A stretch of 24,000 nt of DNA from Moorella naiadis (nom. illeg.) (GTDB taxonomy: Bacteria > Bacillota > DSM-521 > Neomoorellales > Neomoorellaceae). This document shows, in pieces, positions 1 through 8,572 of this stretch; position 1 is the first letter of the stretch; each line of letters opens with the position of its first letter. The notes under the pieces are model-generated. The model made no database searches. It was not told the DNA's origin and saw nothing but the letters and a program-made list of their open reading frames with translations. The stretch is from NCBI RefSeq assembly GCF_051020825.1, contig NZ_JAXGFQ010000009.1, positions 42,387 through 66,386 on the forward strand, given 5' to 3'. The position numbers and the translations under genes are program-made.

Positions 1-2
1 CC

Positions 3-1046
3 CAGAACATTAAAAACCCGGAGGCCAAGCAAACTAGAAGTATTCGCCGGCTCCGGGCCGACTTCCGCATCGCCCTTACCGGCACGCCGGTAGAAAACAA
101 CCTGGGGGAGCTCTGGTCCCTGATGGAGTTTTTAAACCCCGGCTACCTGGGCAGCCAGGCCGGTTTTCGCAGTCGCTTCATGATCCCCATTGAACGCTAT
201 GGTGACGGGGAGCGGGCCGCCTGCCTAAAACGCCTGGTGCAACCCTTTATTTTACGCCGGCTCAAAAGTGACCCGGCCATCATCCAGGACCTGCCGGCCA
301 AACAGGAGATCAAGGTTTACTGCCACCTGACCCGGGAGCAAGCGACTCTTTATGAAGCCGTGGTCCAGGATATGCTCCAGAGGATAGAGACGGCGGCAGG
401 AATTGAACGCAAAGGGCTGGTCCTGGCCACCCTGGCCAAATTGAAGCAGGTCTGCAACCATCCGGCCCAATTCCTTGGTGACGGCAGCACCCTATTCGGT
501 CGCTCCGGGAAATTAGCCCGGCTGCAGGAGATGCTGGAAGAAGTCCTGGCAGCCGGGGAGAAGGCACTAATTTTTACCCAGTTCGCCGTGATGGGGCAGA
601 TGCTCCAGGAGTGCCTGCAGGAGGTTTTTAACCGGGAGGTCCTTTTCCTCCACGGCGGTGTGCCCCGCTCCCGGCGGGAGGAGCTAATCCGGCGTTTCCA
701 GGAAGAAGGGGAGGGACTGCCCTTCTTTATCCTTTCCCTCAAGGCCGGTGGGGTGGGCCTTAACCTTACCCGGGCCAACAATGTCTTTCACTTTGACCGC
801 TGGTGGAATCCGGCCGTGGAAGACCAGGCTACCGACCGCGCCTTCCGCATCGGCCAGCAAAGGAGCGTCCAGGTATACAAGTTTATCTGCGCCGGGACCC
901 TGGAGGAACGTATTGATGCCCTGATTGAGTCTAAACGCGGCCTGGCCCGGCAAATCGTTGGCACGGGTGAAGGCTGGCTGACGGAGATGTCGACGGGTGA
1001 ACTGCGGGAACTCCTGAGCCTGAGGGATCAAGGAGTTGAGCTTTAA
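3..1046 (+). CDS. SNF2/DEAD-like helicase, C-terminal part (5' end outside window)
   Basis: Frame is open from the window start ([43 protein letters not shown]...); [31 protein letters not shown] and [21 protein letters not shown] are classical SNF2-family motifs. Confidence 0.95.
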   Translation, partial: QNIKNPEAKQTRSIRRLRADFRIALTGTPVENNLGELWSLMEFLNPGYLGSQAGFRSRFMIPIERYGDGERAACLKRLVQPFILRRLKSDPAIIQDLPAKQEIKVYCHLTREQATLYEAVVQDMLQRIETAAGIERKGLVLATLAKLKQVCNHPAQFLGDGSTLFGRSGKLARLQEMLEEVLAAGEKALIFTQFAVMGQMLQECLQEVFNREVLFLHGGVPRSRREELIRRFQEEGEGLPFFILSLKAGGVGLNLTRANNVFHFDRWWNPAVEDQATDRAFRIGQQRSVQVYKFICAGTLEERIDALIESKRGLARQIVGTGEGWLTEMSTGELRELLSLRDQGVEL

Positions 1047-1071
1047 GGGAAATCGTTGCGGAGGTTGAAAT

Positions 1072-1977
1072 ATGGCTGCCAGGTGTAATTTCGGTAGCAA
1101 CTGGTGGGCCCGGCGCTGGCTGGAGGTGCTGGAGTCCTTCGGCTGGGAGAGCCGCCTGCAACGGGGCCGGACCTATGCCCGCCGGGGCAACGTTCTGAGT
1201 ATTGATCTGGCCCCCGGTACGGTGAAAGCCAAGGTCCAGGGGAGCCGGCCACGGCCCTATACGGTCAAAATAAAAATCAGCCCCCTGACCGATAGAGATT
1301 GGGAGCGGGTTATAACAGCCCTGGCTGGCCAGGCTGCCTTTGCCGCCCGCTTGCTGGCTGGTGAGATGCCGGAGGATATTGAGACCGCCTTTGCCGGGGC
1401 GAGCCTCTCCCTTTTCCCAGCTAGCCCGGAAGATATCGAAACCAGCTGCTCCTGCCCCGATTGGGCTAACCCCTGTAAACATATCGCCGCCGTCTATTAC
1501 CTCCTGGGGGAAAAGTTTGACGGTGACCCTTTCCTGCTCTTTCTTCTGCGCGGCCGGGACCAGGAAGCCTTGATGGCCGCCCTGCGGGAGCGGCGCGTCA
1601 CCCTGGCTGGGGGCAGCCCGTCACCGCCTGCCGTTAATCGGGAGGAGAATGCCTCCACGAACGGGGATGAACCGGCCAATAACGGGCGGGGACAGGGGCA
1701 AGCGAAGGAATTGCCGCCCGATCCAGTTGCCTTCTGGAGGGCCGGGGACGATCTGGCCGCTTTTAAGGTACATATGGCACCCCCGGCAGTACCTCGGATG
1801 GTTTTAAAACGCCTGGGACCGCCGCCCCTGGGACGCGAAGCCCCGGAGTTTTACCGGCTGTTAGAAAGCTATTACGAAGAAATATCCCGCCAGGCTTATG
1901 AACTGGCCTTTGCCGCCGGCGAGGCCGGGGAAAAAATTGTCTCCAACCGCCAGCCGGTGTATAATAACCAAAAATAG
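1072..1977 (+). CDS. SWIM zinc-finger domain protein (SNF2-associated)
   Basis: CSCPDWANPCKHIAAVYYLL matches the CxCx(n)CxH SWIM motif; located directly downstream of the SNF2 helicase, a common pairing. Confidence 0.88.
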   Translation: MAARCNFGSNWWARRWLEVLESFGWESRLQRGRTYARRGNVLSIDLAPGTVKAKVQGSRPRPYTVKIKISPLTDRDWERVITALAGQAAFAARLLAGEMPEDIETAFAGASLSLFPASPEDIETSCSCPDWANPCKHIAAVYYLLGEKFDGDPFLLFLLRGRDQEALMAALRERRVTLAGGSPSPPAVNREENASTNGDEPANNGRGQGQAKELPPDPVAFWRAGDDLAAFKVHMAPPAVPRMVLKRLGPPPLGREAPEFYRLLESYYEEISRQAYELAFAAGEAGEKIVSNRQPVYNNQK

Positions 1978-1995
1978 CAACAGGAGGGCAAAAGA

Positions 1996-2439
1996 ATGCA
2001 CATAACCGTAACCTGGGCGGGGGAAAAGATGCGCCTTGAGGGCCGGGGTGCTTCCGGCCAACCGGTGACTATGGATGCTGGAGCCGACCACGGCGGCCAG
2101 AACGCCGGGGCCAGGCCTTCGGAAGTGCTTCTCATGGGTATGGCCGGTTGTACGGCCTTGGATGTCCTGAGCATTCTCCAGAAAAAACGCCTCGAACTGA
2201 CTTCCTTTGCCATCGACGTCGAGGCCGACCGGGCGCCGGAGCATCCGAAGGTATTTACCGCCGCTACCCTTATCTACCGCCTGGAGGGGCCCGACCTGCC
2301 CGAGAACCAGGTAAAGCAGGCCATCGACCTCTCTCTAAGTAAATACTGCGGTATGGTCAATACCCTGAAGAAGGCTATGCCCGTCTCCTACTGCTATGAG
2401 ATCAACGGTAACCGCAGCGCCGTGGCCCCGGCGCCTTAA
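1996..2439 (+). CDS. OsmC/Ohr-family protein
   Basis: 147 aa with EVLLMGMAGCTALDVLSILQKKR and a final SKYCGMVNTLKKAMPVSYCYEI, typical of the OsmC-like fold (two conserved Cys). Confidence 0.85.
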   Translation: MHITVTWAGEKMRLEGRGASGQPVTMDAGADHGGQNAGARPSEVLLMGMAGCTALDVLSILQKKRLELTSFAIDVEADRAPEHPKVFTAATLIYRLEGPDLPENQVKQAIDLSLSKYCGMVNTLKKAMPVSYCYEINGNRSAVAPAP

Positions 2440-2535
2440 TATGGTGCCAGATCACGAATTAATTATGTTACTGTTCGCTGGAACTATGCTCGCCGGTTTA
2501 TGACCAACTGGTGCAGGCTTGACGGGGGTAGTATC

Positions 2536-3090
2536 ATGGGGGTCTCCGAATCCGTTCCCGGTACTGGCCCGGGTGCTCCTGGGCTGAATAACTACCAGCA
2601 ACAGCTAGAGTACCTCATGCGCCGTTTCGGCGACAAGGTCCTCTACCTGGCTTACTCTTACCTCCATGACCGCTACCTGGCCGAAGACGTGGCCCAGGAG
2701 GTTTTTATCCGGGTTTATACCAACCTGGATAAATTTCAGGGCCGCAGCTCTATCTATACCTGGATCTATCACATCACCGTCAACCTCTGCCGTGACTACC
2801 TGCGGGCCCAGAGCCGGCGGCGCCTGGAGCCGAATAGGTTATTGGAGGTTGCCGTCCCGGATGTTGAGGCTATGGCCCTGGCCAACCTCGAGTACCGGGA
2901 ATTATGGCAGGCTATTTTACAGCTTCCTGTGACCTACCGCGAGGTAATCTGGCTACACTACTACGACCAGTTAAGCCTGAAAGATATAGCAGCTATACTG
3001 GACATTTCCCTGGCAGCGGTAAAGATCCGCCTATATCGCGCCCGGCAACGGCTGCAACAGGTTTTAAAGGTGGGTGACCAAGTTGAATAA
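2536..3090 (+). CDS. RNA polymerase sigma factor, ECF sigma-70 family
   Basis: Region 2 (YLHDRYLAEDVAQEVFIRVYTNLDKFQGRSSIYTWIYHITVNLCRDYLR) and region 4 (LPVTYREVIWLHYYDQLSLKDIAAILDISLAAVKIRLYRARQRL). ORF opens at 2500; the ATG at 2536 follows a GGGGG Shine-Dalgarno-like stretch. Confidence 0.93.
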   Translation: MGVSESVPGTGPGAPGLNNYQQQLEYLMRRFGDKVLYLAYSYLHDRYLAEDVAQEVFIRVYTNLDKFQGRSSIYTWIYHITVNLCRDYLRAQSRRRLEPNRLLEVAVPDVEAMALANLEYRELWQAILQLPVTYREVIWLHYYDQLSLKDIAAILDISLAAVKIRLYRARQRLQQVLKVGDQVE

Positions 3091-3781
3091 GCATAAGGAT
3101 CAACTTGAGGAACTGCTGGCCGGACTACCAACCCATACGCCGCCGCCCCTGGCCGGCTGGCACTTCTCAGCGGACCTGCGCCAACAAGTACAAAAGCGGG
3201 CAGCCTCATTACAGGACTCACCGCAGGACCAGATCCATCAAGCAGGCAACGGGGGGGGTTGCGGCGGCGCTATTCCCGGATTGACTATACCGGTACTGGC
3301 TTGCTCCTCCCCCAAGAAAGTTTCCCCGGGTCTCTTGTGCCGGTTACGGCATTTCCGGCCGGGCCTAGTTGCAGGCCTGATTGTAATATTTGTTTTGCTG
3401 GCCTGGTGGTATCGACCGTGGGATGGCAACTACTGGTCAGAGGTACCCGGCGGGCCGCCGGCGGGTTTCCAGGTCAAACCCATCCAGTACCAGTGGGTTA
3501 ATCTGAATGACCCCTACCGGGAAGCTGTAGTCAGCATTGGCAGGGTGGCAGGCTCCAACCAGCTCCTGGCGGCTATAAGTAAACGACGGGAACCGGCGGG
3601 CTGGCAACTGATTTATACCCAGCCCTTGAACGCTTACCTGGTGCTGCCGGTAAAGGTAGTCCACGCTAACGCTAACCAGGTTACCCTGATCCTCATCGCT
3701 TATCAGGAACAGCAGGAGGAGGGTTACCGTTACCTAATCCTCAGCTTTGATGGTGAAAGGGTAATACCATATAACCAGTAA
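3074..3781 (+). CDS. putative membrane anti-sigma factor / hypothetical protein coupled to the ECF sigma gene
   Basis: GTG start overlaps the sigma gene end; one TM segment (GLVAGLIVIFVLLAWW) between a short N-terminal part and an extracytoplasmic part. Confidence 0.6.
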   Translation: MTKLNKHKDQLEELLAGLPTHTPPPLAGWHFSADLRQQVQKRAASLQDSPQDQIHQAGNGGGCGGAIPGLTIPVLACSSPKKVSPGLLCRLRHFRPGLVAGLIVIFVLLAWWYRPWDGNYWSEVPGGPPAGFQVKPIQYQWVNLNDPYREAVVSIGRVAGSNQLLAAISKRREPAGWQLIYTQPLNAYLVLPVKVVHANANQVTLILIAYQEQQEEGYRYLILSFDGERVIPYNQ

Positions 3782-3963
3782 CTTGGAGGTGACGTGCGTG
3801 TTGGCGATAGGGGTGAGACTGGTTCCCTGAGGGCGCCTTTGGGCGTGAGTATCAAGACTAAGGACAAGCACGGCCGCCTGCCTGCGAGCCGAAGGGTCGA
3901 GCTACGGCCGCGCCCCAAGCCGGGCGAGTTCGCTTCCAAGCATAAGCAAGCATAAGCAGGAAG

Positions 3964-3995
3964 AAAAACCGGACGGTGTACCGTCTGTTTTTTTT
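3964..3995 (+). terminator. Rho-independent terminator
   Basis: GACGG-tgta-CCGTC followed by tgTTTTTTTT. Confidence 0.75.
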
Positions 3996-4064
3996 CACCG
4001 GGGCTGTAACCCCCCGGGCCTGGTTGACGTCTATAAGATTGTAATTATTTTTCTGGCGAGGTGG

Positions 4065-5234
4065 TTGCCTGTGGCAAAGAGATTATGGCTGGTGCTAGTT
4101 ACTGTTTTCTGTACCCTGGGACTTCTCCTCACCCCCTTGTTAACGCCGGCCCGGGCCAGCAACGGCCTGCTGCTCGCGACAGATTTCCCGGGTATTGAAG
4201 TGCAGCCGGGAACTACTGTCACCTTTCCCTTGACCCTGACCAACAGTGGTGCGCCGCAAAAGGTGGATCTAAAGGTAGTCTCAGCTCCTAAAGGCTGGCC
4301 GACCTCTTTTAAAGGCAGCGGCATGATCGTCACCCAGGCCTTCGCCGGCAGCCAGCCGGCCAAAATCGACTTCCAAGTGGAAGTACCGGGCGACGCCCAG
4401 CCCGGCAGTTATAACTTTGTAGTCCAGGCCACCGGGGCCGGGGCCTCCTCCGAATTAACCCTGCAGGCAGTCATTAAAGAAGCTTCTGCGGGGGGTGATA
4501 AGATAACCACCGATTACCCGGTTTTAAGCGGTACCAGCAGCACTAATTACCAGTTCCGGGTAACCCTCACCAATAATGGTGCCCAGGAACGTTCCTACAG
4601 CCTGGCCGCCCAGGCGCCGCCGGGTTGGCAGGTAACCTTCAGCCCCGCCTATGACAGCAAGCAGATTGCCAGCCTGAGCATCAAACCAGGCCAGAACCAG
4701 GGGCTGGATGTCAACGTGAAACCGCCCCAGGATGTCAAGGCCGGTACCTATAATATTCCCATCCAGGCTACCTCCGGCAGCAGCAAGGCGGGGGTAGTAT
4801 TAAAGGTCAACATCACCGGAACCTATAGCCTGGAGTTGACGACCCCCGACGGCCGGTTGAACGTCGACGCCCTGGCCGGTAGGGAGAGCCCGGTGACCCT
4901 GGTGGTCAAGAATACCGGTAGCGCCGACTTGACAGGCATTACCCTGGCGGCCAACGCCGCCAGCAGCTGGGCCGTGACCTTCAAACCCGATAAGATCGAC
5001 TTGTTGCCGGCCGGGGGCAGCCAGCAGGTGACGGCCTTTATCAAGCCGTCTAACGAAGCCATTGCCGGTGATTATGTCGTCCGGCTCACGGCCAATGCCC
5101 AGGAGGCCAGCGGTAACGCCGATTTCCGGGTCAGCGTGCGGACCTCCACCCTATGGGGCGTTGTAGGGGTTTTGCTGATCTTGGCGGTAGTCGGCGGCGT
5201 GGCCTGGATCTTCCGGAAATACGGGCGGCGATAG
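4065..5234 (+). CDS. exported NEW3-domain-containing protein with C-terminal TM anchor
   Basis: Signal peptide ([26 protein letters not shown]), repeated NEW3-like segments ([26 protein letters not shown]..., [16 protein letters not shown]), C-terminal TM. TTG 4065 or GTG 4071 start. Confidence 0.82.
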   Translation: MPVAKRLWLVLVTVFCTLGLLLTPLLTPARASNGLLLATDFPGIEVQPGTTVTFPLTLTNSGAPQKVDLKVVSAPKGWPTSFKGSGMIVTQAFAGSQPAKIDFQVEVPGDAQPGSYNFVVQATGAGASSELTLQAVIKEASAGGDKITTDYPVLSGTSSTNYQFRVTLTNNGAQERSYSLAAQAPPGWQVTFSPAYDSKQIASLSIKPGQNQGLDVNVKPPQDVKAGTYNIPIQATSGSSKAGVVLKVNITGTYSLELTTPDGRLNVDALAGRESPVTLVVKNTGSADLTGITLAANAASSWAVTFKPDKIDLLPAGGSQQVTAFIKPSNEAIAGDYVVRLTANAQEASGNADFRVSVRTSTLWGVVGVLLILAVVGGVAWIFRKYGRR

Positions 5235-5236
5235 CT

Positions 5237-6211
5237 ATGGCGGCACAGGAAGCAGTTATTGTCACCCGCAACCTTACTAAGCATTATGGCAGCATCACCG
5301 CTGTCCAGGATTTGAACCTGGAAATCCAGCGGGGGGAGATCTTCGGTTTGTTGGGACCCAATGGTGCCGGTAAGACGACCACCATCCTGATGCTCCTGGG
5401 CCTGACCGAGCCGACCGGCGGCCAGGCCCTGGTGCAGGGTCTGGAAGCCACCCGCCATCCATTGGAGGTTAAAAGAATCATCGGCTACCTGCCGGATAAC
5501 GTCGGTTTTTACGACGATTTGACGGCCAGGGAAAACCTGCTCTATACGGCCAGTTTAAACCAGATCCCTGCGGGTGTGGCCAGGCAGAGATTGGAAGCAG
5601 CCCTGGCGGAGGTTGGCCTGGCGGACGTCGCCGGCCGCCGGGTACGGGAGTTCTCCCGCGGCATGCGGCAACGCCTGGGCATCGCCGATGTAATCCTGAA
5701 AGACCCGTCGATCATTATTCTCGACGAACCCACCCTGGGGATTGATCCCCAGGGCGTCAAGGAATTACTGGACCTAATTGTCCGCCTAGCCCGGGAGCGG
5801 GGGAAGACCATCCTTATCTCCTCCCACCTTCTGCACCAAGTCCAGCAGGTCTGCGACCGGGTGGGAATCTTTGTCGGCGGCAAGCTGATAGCCGTAGGAC
5901 CGGTGGCCCTCCTGGGGCAGCAGGTCATGGCTGGTAAGCTTCTGGAGGTTGAACTCCAGGCCGAGCCGGATAATAACGACCTGCTGGCTGCCCTGGAGGC
6001 CTTGCCCGGTGTGGCCGCCGTAGAACGTCGCGGTGCCTTTATCCGGGTGAGCTGCGCGGCCGGCGTTGATATCCGCCGTGAACTGGCCCCCTACCTGGCC
6101 GGCAAGGGATTTACCCTGTTCTATTTACGGGCCCGAGGTTATGACCTGGATGATATCTACCGCCAGTATTTCCAGGGTGAGGCGTTCACGGTGCACGCTG
6201 CCACTAGCTAA
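5237..6211 (+). CDS. ABC transporter ATP-binding protein
   Basis: Walker [11 protein letters not shown], signature-region [15 protein letters not shown], Walker B IIILDEPT. The listed ORF opens upstream; ATG 5237 ([18 protein letters not shown]) is the likely start. Confidence 0.95.
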   Translation: MAAQEAVIVTRNLTKHYGSITAVQDLNLEIQRGEIFGLLGPNGAGKTTTILMLLGLTEPTGGQALVQGLEATRHPLEVKRIIGYLPDNVGFYDDLTARENLLYTASLNQIPAGVARQRLEAALAEVGLADVAGRRVREFSRGMRQRLGIADVILKDPSIIILDEPTLGIDPQGVKELLDLIVRLARERGKTILISSHLLHQVQQVCDRVGIFVGGKLIAVGPVALLGQQVMAGKLLEVELQAEPDNNDLLAALEALPGVAAVERRGAFIRVSCAAGVDIRRELAPYLAGKGFTLFYLRARGYDLDDIYRQYFQGEAFTVHAATS

Positions 6212-6323
6212 TAAGGGATAGAAGCGACCAACGAGCTTTAATCTGGAACTGGCGTGACCAGTTCCTACAACCCTCTCACATCTCACCGCCAACATCTCAC
6301 ATCTATTCTGAGGGAGGTATACC

Positions 6324-7328
6324 ATGGCACGCTGGCAGGATAGAGTAGAGGACTGGCTGGCCTGGTGGCGGCAGCAGGAGTGGTTCAGCGGCGGTCTGCG
6401 GGCTGTTTTCCAGAAGGAACTGGCTGATAACCTGGGCAGCACCCGCTTTACCATCCTCTTCCTCCTAGTGGCTATTGCCGGTATCAGCGCCTTTTATGTC
6501 GCGGCCCAAAGCATCCGCCAGGCGGTAGGTCAGGAGAATTCCCATTTTGTCTTCCTGCGCCTCTTTACAACCAGCGGCAGGAACCTACCGCCCTTTATAA
6601 CTTTTATCTCTTTTCTGGGCCCGTTGCTGGGACTGGCCTTGGGTTTCGATGCCATTAACGGCGAGCACAATAAACGCACCTTGAGCCGGCTCCTGGCCCA
6701 GCCCATTTACCGAGATGATGTAATAAATGGTAAGTTCCTGGCGGGACTGACGGTTTTGGCCCTAGTCATTCTGGCCCTGGGATTTCTAGTGGCCGGCCTA
6801 GGACTCCTTTTGCTTGGCGTCCCGCCGACAGGGGAGGAACTGGGCCGACTCCTCATTTATCTCCTGGTGACTATTATCTATGTGTCTTTCTGGTTGAGCG
6901 TCTCCCTGCTCTTTTCCCTGTTATTCCGCCAGAATGCCACCTCAGCCCTGGCGGGCATCGCCGTCTGGCTCTTTTTCGCCCTCTTTGCCGGCATGCTGGT
7001 AGGCCTTATTGCCGACGGCCTTTTCCCGGCCAATCAAAACTCCCCGCCACAGCAGATCCTGCATAACGCCACTTTGAAGCAGGACCTGGGCCGCCTTTCG
7101 CCGACGACCCTTTACGATGAAGCCACCATCACCCTGCTCAATCCGGGGGTGCGCACCCTGGGGCCGGTATTAGTCCAGCAGCTGGAGGGGGCCATCCCGG
7201 GCAGCCTGCCCCTTGACCAGAGCCTACTCCTTATATGGCCCCACCTGGTCGGGCTGATCGCGGCTACCCTGCTTATTTTCGCCCTGGCCTATTACTTCTT
7301 CATGCGCCAGGAGATCCGGGCCGGGTGA
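6324..7328 (+). CDS. ABC transporter permease
   Basis: GAGGGAGG Shine-Dalgarno; about 6 TM segments; FDAINGEHNKRTLSRLLAQPIYRDDVINGKFL typical of ABC-2 permeases; follows the ATPase. Confidence 0.9.
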   Translation: MARWQDRVEDWLAWWRQQEWFSGGLRAVFQKELADNLGSTRFTILFLLVAIAGISAFYVAAQSIRQAVGQENSHFVFLRLFTTSGRNLPPFITFISFLGPLLGLALGFDAINGEHNKRTLSRLLAQPIYRDDVINGKFLAGLTVLALVILALGFLVAGLGLLLLGVPPTGEELGRLLIYLLVTIIYVSFWLSVSLLFSLLFRQNATSALAGIAVWLFFALFAGMLVGLIADGLFPANQNSPPQQILHNATLKQDLGRLSPTTLYDEATITLLNPGVRTLGPVLVQQLEGAIPGSLPLDQSLLLIWPHLVGLIAATLLIFALAYYFFMRQEIRAG

Positions 7329-7459
7329 TGTTTGCTATTTTGCTATAATCTCTTTTCCCAGGAGACGGAGCGAAACGCAAGCGAAGCGAAGGGAAACCTA
7401 ACCTGCCGGGGGCCTGAGGGGATTTCCACGGGTTATAGCGGCCGGCAGAATAAGAGAAT

Positions 7460-7491
7460 GAGGACAGCAAAATTAGCTGCCCTCGTTTTTT
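7460..7491 (+). terminator. Rho-independent terminator
   Basis: GAGGACAGC-aaaatta-GCTGCCCTC (one mismatch) followed by gTTTTTT. Confidence 0.75.
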
Positions 7492-7531
7492 ATGATTATA
7501 TTTACGGCTTAAAAATTTAATACAGGTTATT

Positions 7532-7560
7532 GGAGGATTTAGGTAAACTATGTCGAAATA
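7532..7560 (+). promoter_or_regulatory. SigH-like promoter, copy 1
   Basis: GGAGGATTT-N11-GTCGAAATA against the consensus RNAGGAWWW-N11/12-RNNGAATWW as known in B. subtilis; one mismatch (GAAA for GAAT). Confidence 0.4.
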
Positions 7561-7595
7561 CGAAAAAAATAGTATCCAATAAAGGAGCCAAGGCA

Positions 7596-7688
7596 ATGTT
7601 ATATATCTCAATAAATACCATAAATTCCCTGGGGGGGGGGGGGGGGGATATTTTACCACCCCCACCAGAAAAAACAACTACCTTATAG
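7596..7688 (+). CDS. putative poly-glycine small ORF, copy 1 (MLYISINTINSLGGGGGDILPPPPEKTTTL)
   Basis: ATG preceded by AAAGGAG; reads through 17 G; residues ...N-x-G(n)-[DY]ILP-x-x-PEK shared with the ORF at 19078. Confidence 0.4.
   Translation: MLYISINTINSLGGGGGDILPPPPEKTTTL
7631..7647 (+). repeat. homopolymeric G tract, 17 nt
   Basis: Direct reading: ccct-(G)17-atatttt. Confidence 0.95.
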
Positions 7689-7927
7689 TTATATTATCAT
7701 CCCCCTCTTTCTCTTTTGCTATTTTTATCTATCTTGTGATTCCTCCAGCCTGTCTTGCGATCTGGGGCCGCAAGACCCTATCTTACCATATACCCCCTCC
7801 CCTCTTTATCTTCCAGGTGATTTATTACGTTTACGATCGTTACGCTCGCCACCATTCCTCTGATCAGGGTTGCCTTATTACCTTCAGCTGCAAGTGATAA
7901 TTACCGCGGCTTACAGGAGGCAATGCC

Positions 7928-7990
7928 ATGAGCAGAGGCCTATTGGAGATGGGAGTCACTAAAGTGCGCCTCAGCAGCAAAGAAATCTAA
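7928..7990 (+). CDS. possible small ORF (MSRGLLEMGVTKVRLSSKEI)
   Basis: AGGAGG at 7915-7920, 7 nt spacer, ATG, 20 codons, TAA, immediately upstream of the receiver-domain gene. Confidence 0.3.
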   Translation: MSRGLLEMGVTKVRLSSKEI

Positions 7991-8005
7991 CTGGAGGCAA
8001 ATTTA

Positions 8006-8371
8006 ATGGCTCATTTAATCTTACTGGTAGAAGATAATGAAGCTAATAGAGTGCTGTTAAAGGATATCCTGGCGTTGACCGGCAATGAGGTTTTAGAAGC
8101 CGTTAATGGCGAAGCAGCGGTCCAGCTGGCGCAAGAACAAAAGCCACAATTAATTTTTATGGACTTGCAGCTACCGGGTATTGATGGGATAAAGGCGACT
8201 AAAATCTTGAAACAGAATCCCAGCACCAGGGATATACCTATTGTGGCCGTTAGTTCTTATGCCTATGCAAGGGAAAAGCAACTTTTCCTGGCAGCCGGGG
8301 GCAATGTTTACCTGTCCAAGCCTATAGATGTTGATCTAATCTTAGCAACAGTGAGCCGGTTTTTGCCATGA
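8006..8371 (+). CDS. single-domain response regulator (CheY/DivK-like receiver)
   Basis: LLVEDNEANR, FMDLQLPGIDGI, IVAVSSYA, YLSKPIDVD; GGAGG Shine-Dalgarno. Confidence 0.93.
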   Translation: MAHLILLVEDNEANRVLLKDILALTGNEVLEAVNGEAAVQLAQEQKPQLIFMDLQLPGIDGIKATKILKQNPSTRDIPIVAVSSYAYAREKQLFLAAGGNVYLSKPIDVDLILATVSRFLP

Positions 8372-8449
8372 AAGCATGAAAGATGGATAATATATAATTA
8401 ATTTGCTGCCAGGCACTCAAGAAATTATTAGATATGCCGATGATTCTTT

Positions 8450-8545
8450 TTAAGAACCGCAAAGGGCAAACCCGACCGAAAGGCGGGGGCGCAAAGCCAC
8501 GGGCCTAAAGCCTTGACAGGCTATGGCAGCCGGGTTGCCGGGTAA
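8450..8545 (+). ncRNA. cyclic di-GMP-I (GEMM) riboswitch aptamer
   Basis: aaccGCAAAGGGCAAACCcgacCGAAAGgcGGGGGCGCAAAGCCacGGGCCTAAAgcc...GGctatGGCAGCCGGGTTGCC matches the GEMM-I core, including GAAA tetraloop and CGCAAAGCC. Confidence 0.93.
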
Positions 8546-8572
8546 GCCATAGTGAAATTTTTTGGCGATAAC

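Noticed and set aside
1043-1482. Minus-strand ORFs opposite the SWIM-finger gene
   Set aside because: Opposed to a convincing SWIM-domain CDS; no supporting signals.
3074-3781. Possible frameshift in the anti-sigma gene
   Set aside because: The segment IHQAGNGGGCGGAIPGLTIPVLACSSPKK looks atypical, but the frame stays open and TM and downstream parts are coherent; evidence is insufficient for a pseudogene call.
5072-5458. Minus-strand ORF across the NEW3/ABC ATPase junction
   Set aside because: Opposite two well-supported genes, no domain signature.
7361-7395. GCGAAACGCAAGCGAAGCGAAGG considered as a repeat array or riboswitch core
   Set aside because: Repeats are too short and irregular for CRISPR, and no known riboswitch consensus is matched; kept only as part of the candidate small RNA.
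7300-7677. 125-aa minus-strand ORF through the poly-C complement (MFFLVGVVKYPPPPPP...)
   Set aside because: Spans the permease end and two terminator/promoter-like structures, with no Shine-Dalgarno. Not called as a feature, though the similar minus reading in copy 2 is noted as an open question.
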